Notes under the pieces: generated by a model
Database searches by the model: none
What the model was told of the DNA's origin: nothing
Seen by the model: only the letters and a program-made list of their open reading frames with translations
Origin: Vicinamibacteria bacterium
Lineage (GTDB): Bacteria > Acidobacteriota > Vicinamibacteria > Marinacidobacterales > Marinacidobacteraceae
DNA: 64,000 nt
NCBI GenBank assembly: GCA_964291235.2
Contig: OZ219815.1
Coordinates: forward strand, 864,001 to 928,000
Direction: 5' to 3'
Translations under genes and position numbers: made by a program
Shown: one piece after another, positions 37,992 to 48,109 of the stretch
How the letters are laid out: each line of letters starts with the position of its first letter
Position numbering within the stretch: position 1 is the first letter of the stretch

Positions 37992-39974
37992 CTACCGATC
38001 CCGTGACTCCCAGGCGTCTTTCCCGTAAAGCGTGAACTCGTCCACCTCGAACCAGAACGTTCCGAGTTCGGATTCGCCGCGCCGGGAGAGGTAGATCCCC
38101 GTGCAGTTGTTCCCGTCCCAGAGGGCGGCATCCTCGGGCACCGCGACGGGGACGAGTTCGTCCGCCGCGAGTTCCACGACCTGCCAGTCCTCCGAGATCC
38201 CCACTTCCCGCCCGAAATCGACCCCGCTGCAACGGAGGGTCAACTCGAAGGCGTGGCTTCCCCTGGCATGGAGCCGGATGCCGCCGAGTCCCTCCAGGCT
38301 GACCGGAACCCCGCCACGGTCGAACGGCTGGTACATCTGAGCCAGCGGGCCGCGGGCGGCGCCGGCCGCGAGCGTGCCGTCAACCCGCGCGGCGGCGGGA
38401 GTCGAGGCCGCGCCCCCGGCGGCGAGGGAGAGATCGGCGCTCGAGACGCCGTTCGTGAAGGTGTGCCAGCGGACCCCGGTGTGGGCGAAGAGGTCACCGT
38501 CTTCGAAATCATCGAAGGGCAGCACCTGATCGGCCGCAAACACCTCCGGAAATGGCGACGAGGACGACGTCGCGGCGGCCATGGTCGGGGCGATGCCGTC
38601 GCGGATCGCCACCAGGTGGTTTGTCGTGCGGATGAAGAGCTGCCCCTCGGAGATCGCCGGGGTGGCGAGACACACCTCGTCCATGGTGTTCGTCGCGAGT
38701 TCTTCGTACTCCGGGCCGGCGCGGATGACGAAGATGTCGCCGTCCTCGCTCGTCAGGTAGATGCGGCCGTCGGCCGCGACGGGCGAAGCGGTGTAGGCGC
38801 CGCCCCGCTGGCCGATGCGCCGCTTGTACACCCGCTCGCCGCTCGCGGCGTCGAAGACGGTGAGGACGCCGTTGGTCGCCACCACGTAGAGATAGCCCTG
38901 GTACACGAGCGGCGAGGCCATGTACGGCCCGTCGCGGGGCGAACTCCAGGCGACGTGGTCATTGGACCGCGTCCCTTCGGCCAGCGAGATGTCACCGCTC
39001 GCGCCGGTGCGGATCGCGAAGATCGGGCGGATCCGGTAACCGCTCGTCAGGTAGATGAGCTCCCCATCCACCACCGGGGTCGGGGTGGTGTTGAACGAGC
39101 TGCCCGACATGCGCCAGAGCTCCTCGCCCGTCATGGGGTCGTAGCCGAACATGGTGCCGGCGCCGTTCGTGATCAACTCGGTCCGCTCGGCTCCCGCGTG
39201 GACCGTGGGCGTCGAGAAGGCGGAGATCACGTCCCGCTCGGTCCGCCACACCTGCTCCCCACTGGCCACGTCGAAGGCGGCGATGAAGGAGCCTTCCTGC
39301 TGGTCGGCCTGCACGATCACCAGGTTCTCCCAGATGATCGGGGAACTGGCGGCCCCCCACTGGTAGGTGTCGTCGTAGGAGGCGCCCGAATCCAGCGGAC
39401 CGAGGTCCGCCTCCCAGAGGAGCGCTCCGTCGAAGTCGTAGAGAAACAGGTTGCCGGTGGCGACCAGCACCGCGACGTGTTTCCCGTCGGTAGCCGGCGT
39501 CGCCGAGGCGTAGCTGTTCTTGGGGTGGCGCTGGATTTCCGGAGCCTCGCTGACCGCTTCGCGCGCCCAGAGCACGTCTCCGCCCTGACGGTCGATCGCG
39601 TATACGAACCAGGTGTTCCGCTCGCGGTCGGAGCGGCGGTCGATCCGCCCGTCCGGCCCGTAGCGGAAGACCGGGTCCGGGTCGTCGCTCACCGCGGTGG
39701 TCACGAAGATGCGGTCACCCCAGATCACCGGGCTCGAGTGCCCGAGGCCCGGAATCCTGGCCTTCCAGAGGATGTTGTGCCCGGTCACCGCATCCCAGAG
39801 CGTCGGCGGATCCTGCCCGTCAGCCACCCCGGAAGCCAGCGGGCCCCGGAACGAGGGCCACTGGAACCGGTCCGTGTCGCCCTGGGCGCCGGCCGCGGTC
39901 GCGGCGCACAGACTCACGCAGCACGCGACAACAGTCAGGGCACGGTCCATCCGCAGCGTCTCCGGACCCCCCAT
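37992..39974 (-). CDS. PQQ-like beta-propeller protein with C-terminal CIA30/CBM-like domain
   Basis: WPSFRGP, GHSSPVIWGD and repeated ASP/TP propeller motifs. C-terminal FDDFEDG...FWFEVDEFTLY domain. Confidence 0.85.
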   Translation of the reverse strand: MGGPETLRMDRALTVVACCVSLCAATAAGAQGDTDRFQWPSFRGPLASGVADGQDPPTLWDAVTGHNILWKARIPGLGHSSPVIWGDRIFVTTAVSDDPDPVFRYGPDGRIDRRSDRERNTWFVYAIDRQGGDVLWAREAVSEAPEIQRHPKNSYASATPATDGKHVAVLVATGNLFLYDFDGALLWEADLGPLDSGASYDDTYQWGAASSPIIWENLVIVQADQQEGSFIAAFDVASGEQVWRTERDVISAFSTPTVHAGAERTELITNGAGTMFGYDPMTGEELWRMSGSSFNTTPTPVVDGELIYLTSGYRIRPIFAIRTGASGDISLAEGTRSNDHVAWSSPRDGPYMASPLVYQGYLYVVATNGVLTVFDAASGERVYKRRIGQRGGAYTASPVAADGRIYLTSEDGDIFVIRAGPEYEELATNTMDEVCLATPAISEGQLFIRTTNHLVAIRDGIAPTMAAATSSSSPFPEVFAADQVLPFDDFEDGDLFAHTGVRWHTFTNGVSSADLSLAAGGAASTPAAARVDGTLAAGAARGPLAQMYQPFDRGGVPVSLEGLGGIRLHARGSHAFELTLRCSGVDFGREVGISEDWQVVELAADELVPVAVPEDAALWDGNNCTGIYLSRRGESELGTFWFEVDEFTLYGKDAWESRDR

Positions 39975-40168
39975 CGTACCCGGGTCGGGCCCCCGAGGGA
40001 ACGCCGCGGTTCAGACCTGATCTTCGGACCGGCACCGCCGCCCGTCGGGATCTGGCATCCATTCGCGGCCCTCCTTCGCCGCCTCCGGAGGATCTTCGCG
40101 TCGTTTCCGCGCCTTTCCGGCGGACAATCAGACCGGGATGCCGCCGCATCCCCACGGGTGTCTTGAGC

Positions 40169-40579
40169 CTACCCGCGCCAGGGATTCACGATCTCGACTC
40201 CGGTTTTCGCGAAATCCGTTTCGTTACGAGTAACGACCGCAAGGCGGTGGTGGCGAGCGGTCGCGGCGATCAGCCCGTCGATGACCGGCAGGGTTGGGAG
40301 TTGCGCCGCCAGACACCCCCACGTATCGGCGACCACCGGGCTAACCGAAAGGACACGACCCTCAAACCAGCCCGGCAGCTCCGTCTCGAGCCACGCGGAG
40401 ATTCGATCCCGCCGGCGCCCCCGGGGCATGCCCTCGACGCCTTTCCGGATCTCGCCCAAGGTCAGCGAACTGAGGAACAACCCGTCCGGATGGGCAGCCT
40501 GAAACCAATCGAAGACCGGCGCGTGCGGACGGAGCTTGATGAGTTCCGAAACGGCGCAGGTATCGACGAGATAGCTCAC
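40169..40579 (-). CDS. vapC: PIN-domain toxin
   Basis: YLVDTCAVSE, GEIRKG, DGLIAATA, TRNETDF. Confidence 0.92.
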   Translation of the reverse strand: MSYLVDTCAVSELIKLRPHAPVFDWFQAAHPDGLFLSSLTLGEIRKGVEGMPRGRRRDRISAWLETELPGWFEGRVLSVSPVVADTWGCLAAQLPTLPVIDGLIAATARHHRLAVVTRNETDFAKTGVEIVNPWRG

Positions 40580-40845
40580 AGGTCCACGTCGCGCGGCAAC
40601 GAGCGGTCGCGCGCCAGCTTCAGGTCCGCTCCGGCCAGCGGAGAACGGGCGAGGAACTCCGCTAGTGACGAGGGCGGACGTTTCAGCCGGTCGTAGTCCT
40701 CGGGGGAAAGGAGAACCGCGGCGCGCCGTCCGTGAATCGTGATCGTTTGTGGACCCTGGGTGGAGGCGTCGCGCACCAGCGCACTAAAGCGCGCTTTCGC
40801 TTCCTGGACCTGCCAGACCCGCGGGCGCGTCCTGTATCTGACCAT
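40576..40845 (-). CDS. Phd/YefM family antitoxin
   Basis: WQVQEAKARFSALV, GPQTITIHG. Overlaps the toxin start; TGGTCAGA direct repeat at its start. Confidence 0.9.
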   Translation of the reverse strand: MVRYRTRPRVWQVQEAKARFSALVRDASTQGPQTITIHGRRAAVLLSPEDYDRLKRPPSSLAEFLARSPLAGADLKLARDRSLPRDVDL

Positions 40846-40974
40846 TCTGACCAGAATATCGTAGCCAGCCGCGCGCGGTGCGGCAACGCGAATTCCGCCG
40901 GTCTCGCACTGGTCGCGCGGACCAGTCATTCGCTGCGTTTCTAGACTCGGCGGTCCTCGCGGTCGGGAATCACA

Positions 40975-41193
40975 TCAGCTCTCCGATTCGGTGCGGGTTT
41001 TGTCGAGGACTCGCTCCGCCTGGCTGGGGGTCAGTTTGTCGGGCGGCCGACCGAACCATCTCTTGCACAGCGTGATTACGGACTTGTTGAGTTCTTCCTG
41101 TTTCTTCCTACTTAGGCTGTTGTACCAAGCGAGGGTATAGCTGCCACCCGCGATCGCTACGAGTGCAGCAATGGGAACCATTGGAATTACCAC
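40975..41193 (-). CDS. Small hypothetical membrane-anchored protein (lower GC)
   Basis: GGAGGG RBS before GTG; hydrophobic N-terminus then a basic tail. Confidence 0.5.
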   Translation of the reverse strand: MVIPMVPIAALVAIAGGSYTLAWYNSLSRKKQEELNKSVITLCKRWFGRPPDKLTPSQAERVLDKTRTESES

Positions 41194-41272
41194 GTTACGT
41201 CCCTCCAGAGAGTGCGATTGACTCCACCTTCCGAATAGCCTCCCAAGTCTAGTTGATGACATTCTTGGGCAA

Positions 41273-41545
41273 TCAGGACTCGGCACCCTCAGCGACCGCC
41301 CGCTCAGCCAGAAACCGTGCCAACGGCTCAATGCGCTGCCCGCTGCTAGCTTCGTCCAGCGCGGCCATGTATTCCGCCCGGTGTTCCACCCGGATCACCG
41401 CCTAGGGATAACCACCAGAACACAGCATGAGGTTCATCAGGAAACGTGCGACGCGCCCGTTGCCATCGGGCCATGGATGGATGTAGCCGAGCGCCCAGTG
41501 ACCGAGCGCCGCACGCGCTGCGGGCTCCGGCTCGCTCAGATCAGC
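41273..41545 (-). pseudogene. Fic domain protein fragment
   Basis: Translates to ...GHWALGYIHPWPDGNGRVARFLMN...GGYP*AVIRVEHRAEYMAALD (Fic motif). In-frame TAG at 41402-41404; N-terminus missing. Confidence 0.88.
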
Positions 41546-41709
41546 TCCCTCAAGTAGAAGCAGGTGCCGAGAAACTCCGTGAAGAGCGTGACCCCATCAG
41601 CCAGGGTTGCGGGGCCCTCTAAAGATGCACAGTTGCTTGAAAACCTGCACTCCTCGCTTTCCGGGCACCAAACTGCCGTTGAAGACATGTGTGCCTGTTT
41701 GCTTCTAAT

Positions 41710-42885
41710 TCACTCCGGGCATTCGATCCCCGAGCTCTCAATCAGCCTTACCCACTCATCGGTGACTTCCCTCGCGTCCACCATCGCTGTCAGGCCACCG
41801 GAGAGACGCCGAAGCACTGGTCGGAGATCCCTCGACAGGTTTTGCAAGTTGAAGAGAATTCCGACCATGCCCTTCACCGCTTCAAGGCTTTCCGTGACAC
41901 TCGAAGCAAGAGTCCGCACCCTCGCGAAGAACTCGCATAGGGCCTCCCTTTCGCCCTCGCCACCCTCTCGAGCCTCCCTTGTTCCTCCGTCGATCAAAGT
42001 CCGAATGCCATCATCCACTACGTGGAGTTGCGACGCAAATTCGTGGCCGTGCCCAAAAATCCTATTCGCGGGTTCTTCAAGCTGTTGGGCCAGCTGACGA
42101 GCTACCTGCTTTCTGTAAACGAAATCCGCTGGACCGGCGGGTCGATTCGTGATCTTGTTTGTTGCGTCTCGCATTGCTTGACCGACTTCTTCTATGCACC
42201 CGGCGATGGACTCGCTCGTGTCCTTCCACTTAGGCATAGTTTCTTCGAGCCTAGCCAGGCGATCGATCAGTCCGAATGGCTCCTTCTCCGAACTGTCCCC
42301 ATCCTCCGCCAGAGGTGTTTCCATTCGTCGCGTCTCGTCTACCTGCTTGTTTTCTGAAATCAACCGTTTGGCAACCTCGTCTACAGCCCGGCGATACTCC
42401 TCCGTTTCAACCTCTTTGAACCGCCGTTCCCTCCAGTCCATATATTGGAATCGTCGCACCGATTCAAGCAGATCATCGTTGGGGGCAGCATCACTAAGAG
42501 ACGGCACATCAACGTAGTAGAGAGGCAGTATCAGTCCCCGTAATCCGGTTTCTTCCGCCTGCTGAGCAAAAGAGCGGAACTCTCGCCGACACTCGTCACT
42601 TAGCAGATAGCGCGGGGTAATCACAGCGATGAAGAAGGCCGCTGACTCCAGGAACTCATCAACCTTCTGCTTCCAATCATCACCCCACACAAGAGAAGTC
42701 TGGTCGAAGAACAACTGGATCTTCTCTCCGGTCAACATCTCATACTGAGCGACTACGTCTTCTGCCAGTACCCGTATGCGCCCGCGATCGGCGCGGTCAT
42801 CCGCGCGGACATAGGACCAGAATCCCCGTATTGGGCCCGAGTACGGCGTCCGATCTGGGGCGTTACGCCGCTTGCGCCGGGCCAT
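41710..42885 (-). CDS. TIR domain protein with C-terminal helical/coiled-coil region
   Basis: FWSYVRAD, FFDQTSLVWGDDW, ITPRYLLSDECRREF, ILPLYY. Lower GC. Confidence 0.88.
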   Translation of the reverse strand: MARRKRRNAPDRTPYSGPIRGFWSYVRADDRADRGRIRVLAEDVVAQYEMLTGEKIQLFFDQTSLVWGDDWKQKVDEFLESAAFFIAVITPRYLLSDECRREFRSFAQQAEETGLRGLILPLYYVDVPSLSDAAPNDDLLESVRRFQYMDWRERRFKEVETEEYRRAVDEVAKRLISENKQVDETRRMETPLAEDGDSSEKEPFGLIDRLARLEETMPKWKDTSESIAGCIEEVGQAMRDATNKITNRPAGPADFVYRKQVARQLAQQLEEPANRIFGHGHEFASQLHVVDDGIRTLIDGGTREAREGGEGEREALCEFFARVRTLASSVTESLEAVKGMVGILFNLQNLSRDLRPVLRRLSGGLTAMVDAREVTDEWVRLIESSGIECPE

Positions 42886-43020
42886 TCAGCAACTTACTCC
42901 CGAGGACGCCGAGATGGAACGAATTCGCATGTCAAGAGGCAGGGATTGGACCTTGCGTCACCATATTCGGCACCAACGGCTTGTCGATGCGTAGCCCGGT
43001 TCTCTTGTATCTCTGTAGCA

Positions 43021-45252
43021 TTAGTCGCGCTCACGATTCCCGGCCATCGCTTCGAGCGCAGCCCGGGCCACGATGTCCCGGGGGGAAGCCATCGCGGCGG
43101 CTTCCTCGAGGACGGCGGCGGCCGCATCGCCACCGATCTCGCCGAGCGCGGTGACCGCGGCGGCCTGCGCCCGGTAGCTGGAGTCGCCGTGGAACCGCTC
43201 GGTCAGGAACTCGGCTCCCGCCGAGGCGCCCAACCGGGCGATCGCTGAAGTCCGCACGTCGGATTTCGCGTCCTCCATCGCGGCGGTCCGCAGGACCTCC
43301 GCATCCTCCGCGTCTCCCGGGTCGAGTCCGGCGACCGCCGCCTGGCGCACCGACCAGAAGGCGTCGCCCGCGAGCGCCCGACGAAGCGCCGCGCGGGCCT
43401 GGTCGCCGCCCATCTCGCCGAGCGCGACCGCCGCGCGCCGGCGTCCGGCGGCGTCGTCATCCGCGAGTTGCGCCATCCACTCCGCTTCCGATTTGTCGAT
43501 CCGAAGCACGGCGAGCAGCACATCGTCCGCGTCGAAGCGGACGTAGCGCGGTTCCTCGGCGGCCGGGAAGCTGAGGTGCTGCTCCCGGCCTTCCAACGTG
43601 AACGGATGGACCTCGGAATCCGACGCGGTCACCACCCGGACCGAGAGCGGGGCGCGGTACGCCTCCGGCACCGTGCCCATGCTGGCCTCCGGCCCCTGGA
43701 CCTGGCGGATATGCATCTCGACGGAATCCCCATCCCACTCCGAGGCGATCTCCAGCACCGGGTGGCCCGGACGGCGCAGCCACATGTCGATGAACCAGCG
43801 GATGTCCTGATCCACGGCCTCGGCGAAGGCGACGATGAAGTCCTCGGTGTCCACCGGCTGGAAGGAGTGCTTCTCCAGGAAGTGCTTGATGCCGGCCCGG
43901 AACTCCGCGTCGCCGGTTATGTGGCGGAGCAGCCGAATGAGCGCCGCGCCCTTCGGATAGGTGTGCGAATCGAAGTTGTCGTTCGGGCGGCGCCACTGAT
44001 TGGTGATGACCGGGCGGAGCACGGTCTGAGCCTGGCGGAGATAGGACTCGCGCTTCCGGCGCATGTTCTCGCCAGCTTCGTCGGGGCCCAGTTCGTAGGC
44101 GTGCCAGCGGTATTCGGAATAGGTCCCGAAGCTCTCGGTGAGCCACGTCTCGCCCCAGTCCCGGTAGGTGGTGAGGTCGCCCCACCAGTGGTGCGCGACC
44201 TCGTGGGCCACCAGGCCGTGGCTCGGAAAGTCCTGCTCGGCGCGCTCGTCGTGGATCGTGCTCTGCCCGAGCACCGTGGCGGTGGTGCTCTCGGCGCCGC
44301 CGCCGATTCCCGGGATCGTGATCTGGTCGTACTTGTTCCAGGGGTAGGGGACGCCGAACTCCTCGTCGAAGAAGGCCATCATCGCCGTCGTCTTGTGGAA
44401 GCTGCGGTGGGCGTCCTCGACGTCCTTCGGATAGACCCAGTAGTTCACCGGAATTTCGCCGTGGAAGTCCTCGATGACTTCATAGGGTCCGGCGACCAGC
44501 ACCGAGAGGTAGGTCGGATGGGGCTCGTCGAGCCGCCAGTGATGCGTCCTGGTCCCCGGGCGGGCTCCCTCGGTGATGCCGAGGAGCCGGCCGTTCGAGA
44601 GCACCTTCCAGTCCTCCCGCACGGTGGCGAGGAGCTCGAAGGTGGTCCGGTCCGCCGGGTGATCCACGGACGGGTACCAGTGGCGCGCGCCCTCGGGGAA
44701 CGAGAGGGTGTTGATGAGCTGGGGGTTGGCGTCGGTTTCGTCCTTGAAGTCGAGGCCGAGGTCGTAACTGGCCGGCATTCCGTACTGCGTCGCGTCCACG
44801 TCGATGCCGGACCCGCCGTAGTCGATGCTGAGTGTCAGCGTCTCGCCCGCCGCGAGCGGTTCAGCCAGGGTGATGGCCAGCGTTCCGCCCTCGTGGACGA
44901 AGTCGAGTTCGTCGTCGCCGGCGCGCACGGCGCGGACCTCGTAGGTCGCCGCGTCAAGGCCGATCTCGGTGATGTCCTCCTCGGCCTGGAGCCGGACATC
45001 CACGGTCCCGTCCATGCTCTTGGTGGTCTCGTCCAGGTCGAGCGCGACCCGGTAGTGGAGCACGTCGAACGGCTCGTCGCGCTGCTCCCGCACCGGCCAG
45101 TCGGAGCGGTCCTCGTAGGGGGATTCGGTCGCGGGTGGCTCGCCGCTGCCGCCGCCGCAGGCGATCAGGAAGAGCGACGCGACAGAGAGTCCGTGGGACC
45201 ACCGCGACAACATGGCGGCGGGAAACAAGCGAGTACCGATCAAGCGGAACAT
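43021..45252 (-). CDS. M1 family aminopeptidase with HEAT repeats (probable lipoprotein)
   Basis: HEVAHHWWG...WLTE zinc motif, GGAES, YPKGA, C-terminal HEAT repeats, LIAC lipobox. Start uncertain. Confidence 0.92.
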   Translation of the reverse strand: MFRLIGTRLFPAAMLSRWSHGLSVASLFLIACGGGSGEPPATESPYEDRSDWPVREQRDEPFDVLHYRVALDLDETTKSMDGTVDVRLQAEEDITEIGLDAATYEVRAVRAGDDELDFVHEGGTLAITLAEPLAAGETLTLSIDYGGSGIDVDATQYGMPASYDLGLDFKDETDANPQLINTLSFPEGARHWYPSVDHPADRTTFELLATVREDWKVLSNGRLLGITEGARPGTRTHHWRLDEPHPTYLSVLVAGPYEVIEDFHGEIPVNYWVYPKDVEDAHRSFHKTTAMMAFFDEEFGVPYPWNKYDQITIPGIGGGAESTTATVLGQSTIHDERAEQDFPSHGLVAHEVAHHWWGDLTTYRDWGETWLTESFGTYSEYRWHAYELGPDEAGENMRRKRESYLRQAQTVLRPVITNQWRRPNDNFDSHTYPKGAALIRLLRHITGDAEFRAGIKHFLEKHSFQPVDTEDFIVAFAEAVDQDIRWFIDMWLRRPGHPVLEIASEWDGDSVEMHIRQVQGPEASMGTVPEAYRAPLSVRVVTASDSEVHPFTLEGREQHLSFPAAEEPRYVRFDADDVLLAVLRIDKSEAEWMAQLADDDAAGRRRAAVALGEMGGDQARAALRRALAGDAFWSVRQAAVAGLDPGDAEDAEVLRTAAMEDAKSDVRTSAIARLGASAGAEFLTERFHGDSSYRAQAAAVTALGEIGGDAAAAVLEEAAAMASPRDIVARAALEAMAGNRERD

Positions 45253-45372
45253 CGTACCCGGCGGTTTGCCGGACGAGCTCGACACGTTGGCGCGGATATC
45301 CATCTAGACGTCTACAGAATGTAATGTATCTCCACCATGGGATATCATCGCGGGAAGGAAGCGCACACCGTC

Positions 45373-45582
45373 ATGAGGAAGACCAGCGTGGAGATCGACG
45401 ATCGCCTGATCGCTCAGGCGAGGCGCCTTCTGGGGACCTCGTCAATCAAGGACACGATTGACGGCGCGCTGCGCGAGCTCCTAAGGAGAGAAGCGCAGCG
45501 CGAGGAGATCCGGGCGCTCACCAGAATGGACGGCCTCGACCTCGCGGACGAAAGCGTCATGGCGAAGGCGTGGCGCCGCTGA
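45373..45582 (+). CDS. vapB: VapB-type antitoxin
   Basis: MRKTSVEIDDRLI...KDTIDGALRE RHH-like sequence upstream of a PIN toxin. Confidence 0.88.
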   Translation: MRKTSVEIDDRLIAQARRLLGTSSIKDTIDGALRELLRREAQREEIRALTRMDGLDLADESVMAKAWRR

Positions 45583-45598
45583 GCTTCCGTCTGGTCCG

Positions 45599-46006
45599 GT
45601 GCCCTACCTGCTCGACAAGAGCGCGCTGGCGCGCATGCCCCACCCCGCGGTGCGAGCCCGTCTCGAGCCCATCATCGAGGCTGGAGAGGCCGCCACGTGC
45701 GCGATCCTGGAGCTCGAGGTGCTCTACTCAACCCGGAACCAGACCGAACACGCGCAGGTGCGGACGCGGCGCAAACTGGCGTACCGGCGCGTCGAGCTGA
45801 CCGAAGCGATCTTCGAGCGGGCGATCTCCGTTCAGGGACTCCTCGCCGGACGCGGCCGTCACCGGCTACCGATACCCGATCTGATCATCGCGGCCGCGGC
45901 GGAATCGGCGGGCCTGACTGTGCTCCACTACGACACGGACTTCGATGCCATTGCGGCGGTCACCGGCCAGACGACGGAGTGGGTCGCGCCTCGCGGCTCG
46001 CTTTGA
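45599..46006 (+). CDS. vapC: PIN-domain toxin
   Basis: YLLDKSA, ELEVLYS, PDLIIAA, LHYDTDF. Confidence 0.92.
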   Translation: MPYLLDKSALARMPHPAVRARLEPIIEAGEAATCAILELEVLYSTRNQTEHAQVRTRRKLAYRRVELTEAIFERAISVQGLLAGRGRHRLPIPDLIIAAAAESAGLTVLHYDTDFDAIAAVTGQTTEWVAPRGSL

Positions 46007-46063
46007 TCGGGCCAGGGCGCTGCGGCGCCGCTTCCGGCGGCGACGCCCGCGCGGTCCGGCTCG

Positions 46064-48049
46064 TTACCTGCCGAGGTTGACGTCCACGCCGATGTGGACC
46101 GCGCGGGGGGTACCGAGGGTCTCGATCGGTGTGCGAGCCGAGATGATCTCGGCGTCAAGCAGGTTCTCTCCGGCGAGGAAGACGCCCCACTGGTCGTTCA
46201 CCGGATAGGCGACCCGCACGCCGAGGGAGGCGAAGCCCGCCATCGGCAGTTCGTTCCGGTCGTCCTCGAACTGGTCGCTCATGAACCGCAGATCGGCGCG
46301 GACCACCGCAGGACCCCGCCAGGTGACGCCCACCACTCCCTGATGCAGGGGAACCTGGGGGATGCGGAGCCCGGTCTCTTCCACCGACGTCGCCGAGTAC
46401 AGGTACGACGCGAAGACCTCGAGCTGGTCGCTTGCGTACGCGTACGCCTCGGCCTCGAAACCCCGCGCGGTGGAGCGGCCGATGTTCTGGCGCTGGCGAA
46501 AGACTCCCTCGTCGTTCACCTCGAGGGTGATGTTCCCGACCGTGTCACGAAGCGAGTTCCAGTAGGCGTTCCCGCGGATCAACAACATGTCCGTCGGATA
46601 GAAGTCCAATCCGGCTTCCACCCCGTAGAGCGACTCCTCGCCAAGCTGGTCGTTCGCGGCCACCCGGACGTTTCCCACCCGGAACGGCCGGTAGAGCTCA
46701 TTCAGCGAGGGGGCCCGGAAGCCGCGGTAGGCGGAGGCGCGCAGCGCCGCGCTGCGAACCACCCGGTAGTTGATCCCGATACGGGGATTGAGGCTCGCCT
46801 TGGTCCCCGCGTTCTGCCAGAGATCGACCCGGCCGTCGGCGAGCAGCTCCAGATCCGGGGTGAGGTCCAGGCTCTTTTGCACGAAACCGCCGAGCCGGTT
46901 CTGGGCGTGGTCGCCCCACGAGGTCCGCACCCAGTCGCCGCCCGCCTGCAGGCCCTCGCCGAGCCGGGCCGTGAAGACGCCCCCGACCCCGGAGTACTCG
47001 TACATCTGCTGGGACGTGGGGATTTCGCGGTCGCGGCCGGGGAGGATGCGCGAGAAATCACTGTTCAGGCGCGAGTCCTGGCCGAACATCCGCAGATCCC
47101 AGTTCTCCTGGGTGACGCCGCCCTCCAGCATCACCAGCCGCGAGCTGTTGATCTGGGTGGGCGTTCCGTTCCGGCGGTCTTCTTCGTAGTAGTTGACCGA
47201 GAAGTGGACCGGTCCGGAGGAGGCGCGGCCGACCATGGTGCGGAAGTCCACCCCGGCCGGCTGGTCCACCGACCCGCGCTCCGCCTCCCGGATCCGGTGG
47301 TAGCCCTCGCTGTTCAGCATCCGAGCCGCCCCCACGACGGAAATGCCGCCCACCTCGTCGGACCCGAACACCTCCGCGTCCTGAATCCCGAAGTTCCCGA
47401 GGCGGCCCCGGAAGCGAAGCTGGCCCGGCTCGGCGCGGCGCGACAGGAGCTGCACCGTCCCCCCGAGGGCGGAGCTTCCGTAGAGCGGACTCGCCGCGCC
47501 GCGCGCCACCTCGACGCGGTCGAGAAAGAGGGTCGGCAGGCGGTTCCAGTACACCCAGTTTCCGAACGGGTCGTTCAGCGGCACCCCATCCCACAGCACC
47601 AGGGTCCGGCTGGCGCCGCTCGGGCCGATCCCGCGCAGCGAGACACCCGTCGTGGTGGGGTGGGAAATGAAGCTGGTGTTCCGGCGGAAGAGCCCGAAGC
47701 CCGGCACCCGACTCAGCGCCTCGTCCACGAGGGCGCCCGGCGAGTCCGCGAGGTCCTCGCTGTCGAGCACGGTCACCAGGGCGACGGACTCCACGATGGT
47801 CTCCGCGCCGCGGCTCGCGGTCACCACGACGGTTTCGGCGTGGGTCGGGCGCTCGGCCTCCTGTTCGTCCTCGGCCTGTTCGTCTTCGATTTGCCGGGCT
47901 TCGCGGACGGAATCCGCGTCTTCGGGGTCATCCGGCGGAGGCTCCGCGGCCAGCGCGGGCGCGACGATGAAAAGACCCAGGCAGAACGCGATCAGGGGAA
48001 CTCGCCAGCCGGGAGGGCAAAGAAGGGGAGCAGCTTCGGTGCGATCCAT
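46064..48049 (-). CDS. TonB-dependent receptor
   Basis: ETVVVTASR TonB box, plug motifs SLRG and RVEVARGAASPLYGSSALGG, FRAPSLNELY. Confidence 0.92.
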   Translation of the reverse strand: MDRTEAAPLLCPPGWRVPLIAFCLGLFIVAPALAAEPPPDDPEDADSVREARQIEDEQAEDEQEAERPTHAETVVVTASRGAETIVESVALVTVLDSEDLADSPGALVDEALSRVPGFGLFRRNTSFISHPTTTGVSLRGIGPSGASRTLVLWDGVPLNDPFGNWVYWNRLPTLFLDRVEVARGAASPLYGSSALGGTVQLLSRRAEPGQLRFRGRLGNFGIQDAEVFGSDEVGGISVVGAARMLNSEGYHRIREAERGSVDQPAGVDFRTMVGRASSGPVHFSVNYYEEDRRNGTPTQINSSRLVMLEGGVTQENWDLRMFGQDSRLNSDFSRILPGRDREIPTSQQMYEYSGVGGVFTARLGEGLQAGGDWVRTSWGDHAQNRLGGFVQKSLDLTPDLELLADGRVDLWQNAGTKASLNPRIGINYRVVRSAALRASAYRGFRAPSLNELYRPFRVGNVRVAANDQLGEESLYGVEAGLDFYPTDMLLIRGNAYWNSLRDTVGNITLEVNDEGVFRQRQNIGRSTARGFEAEAYAYASDQLEVFASYLYSATSVEETGLRIPQVPLHQGVVGVTWRGPAVVRADLRFMSDQFEDDRNELPMAGFASLGVRVAYPVNDQWGVFLAGENLLDAEIISARTPIETLGTPRAVHIGVDVNLGR

Positions 48050-48109
48050 AGACAACCGGCGATGATAGCGGGCGCCGGGAGCTTCGGCGGGGTGACGATA
48101 CTCCCCGCC

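Noticed and set aside
41402-41404. In-frame TAG in the Fic fragment as pyrrolysine recoding
   Set aside because: The position corresponds to a likely Trp (TGG to TAG), the gene is also truncated, and no pyl context is present.
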